From: Klebsormidium nitens
Lineage: Eukaryota > Plantae > Klebsormidiophyceae
NCBI GenBank assembly: GCA_000708835.1
Contig: DF237134.1
Span: 92,815 to 156,814, forward strand
Direction: 5' to 3'
DNA length: 64,000 nt
Part shown: one piece after another, positions 37,801 through 47,500 of the stretch
Position numbering within the stretch: position 1 is the first letter of the stretch
How the letters are laid out: each line of letters begins with the position of its first letter
Translations under genes and position numbers: made by a program
The notes under the pieces: model-generated
The model's database searches: none
What the model was told of the DNA's origin: nothing
The model's input: the letters and a program-made list of their open reading frames with translations, nothing else

Positions 37801-39562
37801 TGTTCTCGCGTTCTTTTGCAAAAACTTGAAGACGCTCCAAAGCGCAAAAAGGGCAAAGGATCGTGACTCATGAATGAGCAGATAAACATGGAAGAGGTTC
37901 CAAAATCTGGTGGTCAGTCTCCAAATAATGACATTGCTTGGCGCAAAGTCCGAAAGCACTAGTCCGGGTTCCTTACCGCGAACAAAAAGCTCTTTATAAA
38001 CTTCGCCCCTTCAGAGACGCATCGAAAACCTGCACTGCATCGCGGCTTCTGTGACTGGCCAGGAGGCTAGGTTTCGTCGGCGTAAGCGAGGCTAATGTTC
38101 CGTATGTCCGCGCCCGTCAACTACAGATGTCGATGAGCAAGATTGAAGGTCTCTCGTCAGGGTGGCGATGTGCTCGCAAGTGGTACTGAACCAGAGCGTC
38201 CAGACCAGTTTTCAGTTGCTGAGATCCCTGACTGAATATAGCCCTTCGCCCAATCCCAAAGCTGTCCCTCTTGCCGTGTGAATGCAGGTTCGCTGCTATA
38301 CGCTCGATGTTCAAAGGCGTGAGGAAGTATCCAGAGGAGGTGGTACAAAGGTACGACTCTCACCGTCCCGCCAGTCTGTCGGATAATATTGAGATTTCCC
38401 AGCGTGTTTCTCGAAGAGTTCTCACTCAACGTGCCCGGCTCCCGAAGCAGTCCAAAGCAGTGCCTGTCTTTGAATCACGCCAGAGGGTTTTGAGTTCGCT
38501 TTGCGAGAGATCTGGTTTCTGTTTGGACTGTTCGCCTCGACAATGCTGATAAAGAGTATGTCAAGGACTGTGCGTACACGGTCAGTACAGCACAATGAGA
38601 GCCTCCATACCCGTCGCCAATGACGTTAGAGCATGCTTTCGGAAGGGCGTTGCCGCCACCGCACACTATCTCTGTTGCGTCACCTCTCACCAGTCAGTGC
38701 AATCGTAATGGACAAACTTTCTTCTCAAAAGGATCTGCGAAGTATTTTGCCCGGTATCGCCGTTCCATTCGCCGCCGCAACTCATCGTCCTCTCCTCAAG
38801 AACTTCAGGTCCCTATATCCACAAAAGAACCAAACGCATACATTGTTCGCCTGATAAGGGAGCGCCTGAAAAGATTCTTTCTTTGCGCCTGCAGGCACGT
38901 CGACGCCATGGCCATCCCGGGCGCTCTCACCGGGGCCCTCAACTACTACCGGGCAGCCTTCGGGCAGGGGCTGTGGCCCGCCCCGCCCGTGGTCCGGGTT
39001 CCCGTGAAGGTCATCTGGGGCGAGCAGGACTTTTCGATGGAGAAGGACATCGCGACACCGCCCGCGGAACTCGTGCCCAACGCTCAAGTCACGTTTGTGA
39101 AAAAGGTAAGAATGGCCCCGCAGCGCATCTGGCGTTAAGGTTGTTTTGCAGGTGGTTAGAAAGTTGTGAAACGGTATTTTATTGTGGGGGGCTGTAGGAC
39201 TATGGAACTCTGATTGGGCACGTGCCCTTCTGTGAGGGGTTAGAGTGGTGTCAAAGCCCCTCAGGCAAGGAGGACGCGTCCATGCGTGTTTGCGTGACAG
39301 AGCAGGAGCACATGCTTATGTCAAACAAATGCACAGGGACTGCAACTCTTTCTCAACCTGTAGCAAGTGACCTGTGCTACAGGCGCGGTGCCCAATTCTA
39401 AACTAATCTGACGTTATAAATCTTGGGTCCTTTCAGGCGAGCCATTGGGTGATGTGGGACGATCCGGAGACTGTGAGCTCGGAGATGGTTGCTTTTATCA
39501 AGGAGGGTTTGCGGAAAGTCGCCGAGAAGGAGGACCAAGCACCTTCGTTTTCAAAATTGTGA
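34900..39562 (+). CDS. Alpha/beta-hydrolase, epoxide hydrolase family, with C-terminal SKL
   Basis: join(34900..34951,35368..35543,36017..36232,36878..37034,37702..37750,38288..38350,38895..39105,39437..39562), in phase. Motifs: LLIHGFPEFWYSW, VDCRGYG, nucleophile elbow GHDWGG, SWYIGFFQ, ALNYYRA, VIWGEQD, SHWV; ends ...PSFSKL*. Confidence 0.92.
36695..36748 (+). repeat. Degenerate intronic copy of the hydrolase exon-4 acceptor and first ~45 nt
   Basis: cgcag|GTGGGTCACGACAGGGGCGGCCGCTTCTTGTGGGCTTCCTGACGCTC compared with ctcag|GTGGGTCACGACTGGGGCGGCCGCGTCTTGTGGGGCTTCCTGACGCTC at 36878. Confidence 0.9.
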
Positions 39563-40427
39563 GTATCATTTTGTCCCTGCACTTTGAAATCTAACCAATA
39601 GAGCTCTCTGCTGCATCTACTCTCATCACGAGCTCTCGCAGTCGACACATTGATGATACAGGACCCTCACAGCGACACGGCTTACCTGGCCATTGCAATG
39701 GTTTGCGAAGTGTCGCTGCGCTGTGCCAATGAGCGTGCATAGAAGCTAATAATTGTGCACGCTACGTACATATGTGAAGTTTTCCATGTTGTGCCATCCA
39801 TGTGGGCGACCAAATCTCAACATTAATATGAGGGAGCTTGTACAATCGCGTGTATGGGTTATTATGCATGGTATAGGTATAATCTGATTCCTGGCCTAGA
39901 CTACTTGCAATGCTCAGTGCATGCAGTGGTACACCAAGCTGCCGCTTTCTGTGTGAGACCATGCGACTTTTTGCTATAGATGCATAGCTGGCATCCGCGA
40001 GTCGGAGGCCACGCGGCCGGCCCCCCACCTATTCAATTCAACAAGCGGCCCCGCGATGTATCCAGTATCCTGATTCAGTGCTTTTCCTTAAAAAAGCTCC
40101 GCAAAGCTGGTCCAATTAACGCATATATGCTTGCGTGATGGTTGTCAAACTCAAACTCTCAATGACAAGCGGTAGGCTTTCTAATAGGTGACAGTATATT
40201 GAAGTCTCAATGCTCATGAGAATTGCAAACATACACGAAAACGTGCGTTGAGACGGCGTGCAGACGAGGTTCTCATATGTTCTCATGCATCGGATTAAAC
40301 ATCTAACTAAGGTTAACTTCAACCGTTAAAGTTGATGAGCGTTTACGTGAAGTGACCAACCAGGCTTGGCGAAGTTTCAGAGCTCAGGCACAAAATAGAG
40401 AAACTGCAACGGAAGAAACAAAAGGCT

Positions 40428-40546
40428 GGATTCGTCACGAGGACTTCCCGGAAGGTCACCCATTCCAGTACTATTCTCGCCCACAGGCGTTTAGCTTCGG
40501 AGGTCTGATGGGATCCGGCGCAATAACCTAGGTATGAACGAACCAC
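40428..40546 (-). rRNA. 5S: 5S rRNA gene (single copy in window), 119 nt
   Basis: Reverse complement GTGGTTCGTTCATACC...GCCGGATCCCATCAGACCTCCGAAGCTAAACG...GGGCGAGAATAGTACTGGAATGGGTGACCTTCCGGGAAGTCCTCGTGACGAATCC matches the plant/algal 5S pattern. The 5' and 3' ends pair, a T-run follows 4 nt downstream, and a TATAAT lies ~25-30 nt upstream. Confidence 0.97.
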
Positions 40547-40930
40547 GGCATGTTGTGCTTCCTTAAAATTATAGAAGATCTTGAAGCCGGCCTGTTCTTG
40601 AGTTCGAACCGTCCGATCGACGGCCCACGATCAGCAGTGACCATGATCAATGGTCGGAGAGATTCAAGCTGGATTTATAGACTTCCCGCCAACTTGAAAT
40701 TCAAAAGTTTGAGCTGGCGCGCTCAGGCTCAGCTAGGCTGGCGCTGGCAGGCTTTGGGCCTTGGCAGGGCAGTCTGCTGGCATGGTTTGATGTCACTGTC
40801 ACTCACATTCGTCATTCGTCCGGGTTCATCCTGCGCTGGTGCCCACTGCCAGCAGACGCTGCTGGAGGTCACATTTGATGCAGACCGGGCTTCAGTTTGG
40901 TCCATTTGAACGCTTTCTTTGATTGCCACC

Positions 40931-43532
40931 ATGGCGAGAGAGAGAATCACAGGCCGGAAGACGACGGGCGGCAAGGCCCCACTCCACAAGCTCGCTCAGC
41001 GCCCGCCGCTGGCTGGCGAACAGGCCCCGCCGAGTGGCGCCTCCCCCGTCCTGCATTCCACCAACTCTGCACAGCCCTACAATGCAGCGGCCTCAGAAGG
41101 GGGTCAAGCATTGCGCACCATTGCGGATGCTCGCACTGCGCTGCCCGACCTGGGCCCTGACCTCCTGCAGCGGATCTTCGCCAAAGTGGGGCCCAACCCA
41201 AGGGACTTAGTGCCTCTTGGGGCCGTCTGCAAGGAGTGGCAGTGCGTTTTAAGCGATTCCACATGGAAGGCGCTGTGCGTGAAGCATGCCGGGGGGCTGG
41301 TTCAGGAGCTGGGGTACGGGGAACTAGGGGCGGAAGGCCCCCCAGGAGGCTGGGAAGCAATGTACAGGATGCTCGTGTATTGCCCCGGGCTGCACTACCC
41401 GACGTTTGAGAACATCTCAGAAGCTGAGGTTCTGGGCGGCAATGATTCGTGGGACGATGCCTGTGGCCACTTGGTGAAAGAAGTGCGGGGCTTTTGCAAG
41501 GGCACTGTGGCGAGGGAGTTTGCATTCCTGGCCCCGCGATTTGCCAGGGATGAGGTGTATGTATCGCAGGTGTGCGCCCACAAAGCCACAGAGGGTTGCC
41601 CGGGCGGGGAGTGTGAAGCGCCCCCCGTCCAAGCGTACCGAGGCTTTGTGAAGAACTTCAGGAGCTCGGAGTTGGCCAAGGCAAGTGGAGCAGCTGCTTA
41701 CCTGAGCAGAGATGCAGATGCAGAGAAGGAGGTGTCTGGGAGCAAGGAAGACGGCGAGAGGTCTGATGAAGAGGGTGTGATGGAAGAAGAGGCGCCTGAG
41801 AGCGAGTCAGCTGAGGAGTTGGTGAAGTGTCCTTTCTGCAACGAGCTCATCTTCACGCTAGACGCAGAGTGCTTCCCCAACGCGCTTTCTGACTTCGATG
41901 CCCTCTGGTACAGCTACCTGGAGGGTTGGGACGAGGATCGGTCCCAGTCTGAGTCGGTCTTCGACGACATTTTGATGCTGGGCTTCGTGTGCCTGAACGG
42001 GCATCTTGTGCTGGGCTCGGGCGGGTGGCCCGAGGAGGTCACCGATCTGATTCCTGGGTCAGGAGAGGGCTTGAAGCTTGACTTGCCCGACGTGGTCAAG
42101 TTCGTGCGGCGGTACACGCCATGGAACGACCGGGGCGAGGATGATGATGAGGAGCATTACATAAAAGGATTGGGGTTGGACCAGATGATTACAATGGGGG
42201 CCAGGCTGGCGAGCCTGCACGAAAACTGGCCTTCCGTCCAGGAGGACGGGGTCCGCCAATACCGGAGTTTCTCTCAGTATGATAGCCTTCGAAGGGGTCC
42301 CATGAGCATCGGCGAATTGCTCGCAAGAGGGCCCCCCCAGAAGGTGCTGGACGGTGTCCGCAAGTATGTCTTGAAGGGGGTGCTGAGCTTCGCAGAGTGC
42401 ATGGGCCTGGTGCAAAATGCACTGGATGACGTGGTGAAGGAGAAGGCCCGGAAGGAGCGGGAGCGCGAGATCGAGCAGGCACTGAACAAGGGGGGCTTCA
42501 GGAATGCGAAAAGATGCCCTGATCCAGCTTCGGTGAAGGAGTACATCCAGGTCAGCCGGCTACCCTGTAATCAACGCGTATGAAATCAGTTGACTTGAGC
42601 AGACAAGCAAGGCTGCCAACTGACTGGCCTTTTTGTGTTTGTTGGTGTTTCGTTCCTCTACTGGATTTCGTTTTTGTATCGCTTGTCGATTGAGAGTCTT
42701 TCCATCTTCGCAAGCATCGGCGAGCAGGCGTCTTTGAAGTGTTTCGTTCTCAAACTACATCCTGCAAAAGTTGGGCGTATGCACACAGTTGCTGATTTCA
42801 TTATGTCCGTTCTTGCTGAACATCCTAAGATAAAAACTTGTGTGTTTACCCTGGGACCATCACGTCAGCAATTATCTCTGCCCCATGTGCTCACAGTGCT
42901 CATAGGCAGGACAGGAAGCTTGCATTGAAAAGGACCCTCTGTTACAGTCTGCACTTCTGGGTTACGTGCATAGCACGGACACTTTTGCAGACACTTTTCG
43001 TACTCACGTTCAGGATCAAGGAATCGAAAGGTCCTCTTGGAGTTTCTTAGCCAATCAACATCCGACCAATCGCTCCATGCAGATTATGTTGGAGTTTCTC
43101 TGTCCCTCAGTCTGATTGAGTTCTTAATTTCGACAGAAAATTCAGGTCAAGATCTCTCTTGCAACTTTACATTTGTATCCTTTGCAGGACGGTCTCCTGA
43201 CCGTGGCAGAGGTTCTACAGCAACAGAGCCTCTCCCGCACAAAGCAGGAGGCGGAAGCGGCGCAGAAGGCTGCTGACATCAGATCGTCAGCAGTAGTAAC
43301 TGTCCGCCACGTTTCGTCCACAGCGGGGATCAGCCGGGCGCCGCTGCACTCTGTCGCCAACCTGCCATGCAGCCTGGTCATCAACGGCAGGGTTTGCAGA
43401 AACTCTGCGTCCAAGTCATGCTCTAACCGCGGCTGCGGCCCCTGCTGCCGAGTGCATCCCGACACGTGCCGGATGCACAAGAAAGCGGCGCTCGGCACCA
43501 TGGTGCAGTTGCCTTCGGGGCTGCTTAAATAG
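40931..43532 (+). CDS. EID1-like F-box protein with histone-H3-like N-terminus and C-terminal Cys/His zinc finger, 654 aa
   Basis: join(40931..42550,43188..43532); the ATG sits in GCCACCATGG. F-box: LPDLGPDLLQRIFAKV..DLVPLGAVCKEWQ..WKALC. EID1/EDL-type motifs: YRMLVYCPG, GH, DEVYVSQVCAH, YRGFVKNFRSS, CPFC, FVCLNGHLVLG. Terminal C-x7-C-x4-C-x2-CC-x6-C-x2-H. Confidence 0.88.
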
Positions 43533-44528
43533 GACGGAGTGTTAGAACTCCTCGAACTGGTCCCTCCTGTAAAGTGGTACTCTTCCCACAAGTTCGAAGT
43601 CGACAGTAAGCTTGGCATGGTATGTGTAAGTAGATTTCCTACTTTGCCATCAAGTCCCATGTGTAGATCATCAACATTCTGCTTGTAGCCTTCGTGACTG
43701 GTCAACGGCTGGGGTCGCGAACACCTTGCCATTGAAGCGATTGCCTTTGGAGAGCTTTGCCATGTTCCTTATGGGTCGATCCAACACGTTGCCGACATTC
43801 ATCATCGCAAAAGTTAGAGCCACTCTTTGGAACTTTGTGCTTATTGTCGAACATTAGCGGTCACATCCACTCAGCACTTGTCTAAGCCTCAGTTGTGCTT
43901 GCGTGGTTGATATCCTTTGCATCGCAAGCACAATCAAGACCTTACGGGCAACTTAGGGGAGGTTTAGATGAGAGTAAGCGAGTGTGAGCGCAGGTCTGCG
44001 CCTCATTTGCATGTGTACGTTCATGCCACTTTTACGTTTATTTCCGGCCATGCAAATTTTACCGCTTGCATTCATAGCGTCATATGGGATGTTGCAAAAT
44101 CCATCCGCTGTGCAGCCGGCTGTATATGAATGATCCGGCCTAAGCGTTTAAGCGAAACTGCATCGGTTACCATGTCGGACTTTGATGCTGCAGTGCAATC
44201 ATGTTGCGAAATACCGGTTAGTATAGGCCGTACATATATGCAAGCATTGAGTCGCGATTGCTTGCAAGTTCAACCCGGCAGGCTACGCATGCAGTCAAAC
44301 GGCCATGTCATAGATGAAAGCACAAGACATGCAAAAGTGAGCCCAATGCGACATGCATCCATGCAGGGCAAGACGCCTTCTTTCCCAACCATCGCCACAG
44401 CTGAAGGTGGGCGCACGTGCAGGCATGCACCTATTCAACTTGAAGTGCTCACATAACGTATGGCAAACGCCTGCATTGCACATGTCTGACACCTTAGCTC
44501 CAATAGATCTTGCTAGAGAGCCCATGTA

Positions 44529-47500
44529 CTAGACCCAAAGGAAAGGCAATACACCTGCCGCTACAGGAAGAATCGCCACTACAGTCGCATGAAAGGTAAG
44601 CTGGGCGACCCATGGGCTCACAAACAGTGGCCTTTGTTGCCTTGCGTCTGCCGGGGGATAGAGCAGGGAGGAGACGAAGCCGGTCGGGAACAGCGCGAGC
44701 GTGTGGAGTGCGCACAGAGTCTCCCAAAGGACGAGCCAGCAGATTCCGCTGCCACCAACGCTGCAGATTAGAGAACGGAAACCTCAGTGTTCTGATTCGG
44801 TGATTGAGAGGCTCTCAGGTTTTTACGGTGCAATGTGGGAACTGGACGGAGAACCGCAACAAGGCTGAAAAGAAGAGCCGTAGATGGACAAACCAGAGAG
44901 GACCTAGACGCCGAATCCCTCCTATAAGTGGTCTACAAGACGACGGCACCGAGGATCCCCGCATAGAAGAACGGAAGTGGGTATGAACGTAGTAAGCAAA
45001 GAGCGACCGTGAGCTGCATTCGAGACGCGCGTTGCCTTTGCTGAAGACTCAAGCGAGCCAGCTTTCGGCGAGTCATGACGCCAAGTCTAGATGTCGTCAG
45101 GACCGAAGCACTTAGCTCGCTTGCGCACCAGGGACGAATCTCCAATCTCACCTGAGTCCGAAAAAGACAAAGTTTCGAGCAAGGTCGAGCACCAACCAGA
45201 GTCTTATCCCTTAAAAAGCAAGCAACTCAATAAGCAAATCGATATATTATCAGACAGATAGTCCTGCAATCAAGAAAACATTTCAGATCATTATCCCACC
45301 TGTCAACCGCTTGTTTTCCAGCATACCCGCACGCCGCCCCCAGCACCAGCAGCAGTACTGTCGACGGCATAACCCGCACCGAACCCGCCACGTTCTGCCG
45401 CAACAGCAACGAGGCCATGAATCCGCCCACGACTAACCCCATCCCTAACCGCCCAGTAACCGCTATTTGGCACCCCAGGACCTGAAGTTTCCCTGCCAAG
45501 TTATCGCTAACCGCCTGCAACCCAAACCGGCCAAACAGCGACCGGGAGGGTGCGACCTGGACCGCTCGGCACTCGTGCAACTTCGCCCGGAGGTTAGGGT
45601 AACCGTAGCGGAAACCCGCCCAAACCAGGGCCGTAACCATGACCACCAACCCCGCGACAAGCTCATCGGCACACCGCCGCGCGAACGCGCCCGCACGCGC
45701 CTCTGCATGGCGAGCGGCGTGCATGCGCACTTTTTCGCGCTCTAGTTCGTTCCTCTGACGCCCGACGAAGTTGCTCTCCGACTTCAGACCTAAACCCTCG
45801 GTTTTCAAAGCTAACCCCTCGGATGTCAGAGCCAAGCCCTCGGTAGTAAGCCCCAGTTGCTGATTCTGCAGTTCGAGCTCCCTCATTTTCAGTCGGTTCG
45901 CCACCAACTGATTCACCACCGCCTGCTCCTGCGCCGCGACCGACCGTTCCGCCAGCTCCATCTCCACGGAACGGCTCCCAACGGAGACGGAACGAGCCCT
46001 CTCGACATATGCACTCTGCAGGCTGACGCCCCCGTGGGAACGCAGTGTCAGCACCCCCCCCGTTTCGGACGCTTCGGACACCCCCCCGAAAAGGAGCTGC
46101 CGCCCGACGCCGTTCTCTGCCCCCCTTCGCCGCCTCGTTTTCCGGTGCCTCGCCGTACTGCCGGCGAAACTCCACCGCTCGTGGACATCCACCTCCCCCT
46201 CGTGCAAGCCCGCATTCATCACGGGTCCTGCAGACTGTGTCTCTCCCCCCTCATCGACGAATCTGGTAAACAAACCGCTCGAAACTTCTTTCGGGGGGTG
46301 GACGCACGGGTCGCTGCTTTCTCCCTTCGGGGGGTCACTCTCCAGGGCGCCACTAGCGGATGCCGTTTCCCCCCGACCGCCACTGACGGCACCAAACGCC
46401 TGCGAAGGCGCACTTGCCGCTTCCCCCATAGTCATGACATCTTCAACAGATCCTTCCCGCAGCTCCGGCGGAAAGCTTTCCGCTCCGGACAACCGACTTT
46501 CCCCCGGTTCCAGATCCACCGTGTAGTTCCTCGTCACAGACACTTCAGCGCTCTCCTCTTCTTCCGAGCTCGAATCATTCGCCCCATACTCCCGCCCAAT
46601 CCGCAGAATCTCCTCGGTAACCAACACCCCCGGCTTACTGCTAGAGTCACACTCCGGCACCGTTCGGTCTTCGTCCGAGAGCGACGCGTCGTGCTCGCTG
46701 GGGCCCTCCCTGTCTAAAGGCGACCGCGGAGACTGGCCGCTAGGTTTGTGTGGTCGCCCGGAAACGAGTGGCGTGCGGGGGCGGCTGCCCCCCGGGGTGG
46801 ACGAGTGGAGGGCCGTCAGCGTCCGGTAGGTCCGCGAGAAGGAGCGGACGAGCTCGGTGATCAGAGCGTCCGTTGCAAAGTCGCCCACCTGAGAACACAC
46901 AAGTCGAAACCTGTTTTTCTTCTTGTGGAATTGTTCGGGTGTTCCCCGGTCGTGGGGTGTCTGCCCAGGAAAACATCTCGATGAATTTTGTCGCTAAGTC
47001 GCCCACCTTCACACGATCCTTCGAAAGCAATGATTTGACTCGCTCTTTGTGGTCATTGCTTTGTGTTCGTGGGGTTCCGACAATATGGACCTTAGCAGAG
47101 AGTGACGCGTTCCGCAGAAGCCTTCTAGCGTTTCGGGAGCCTCGGGAAGCCAAGATGATGCACGATGAAACACCCAATCAGCCGAGATGTCACCAAAGCT
47201 CGTCTCAACAGGGAAAAACATCTGGGCTGTCTCTGCTTCATCCAAGGACATCCTTGTAGACTACACATGTCGCTTTCCCGCCAGTTGAACATCCAGTTCA
47301 TACCTCTCTTCTAATATTGCCACTCCTCACTTTGAGTCTGACGACCAAGACTATGAACCGCAATCGCAAACTGCGGAGTTTGGAAATGGGTGAGAAACAC
47401 TAGTCTCGGATCTCGCAACTCCGCTGGTCTGCAAGTCTTTCACCTTAGCGACACCATTGGTCTGATTTGGGACGAGCAAAGTGAACCCGCGCTTGTTGCT

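Noticed and set aside
43142-43732. 196-aa minus-strand ORF
   Set aside because: Overlaps the F-box last exon antisense; no family motif.
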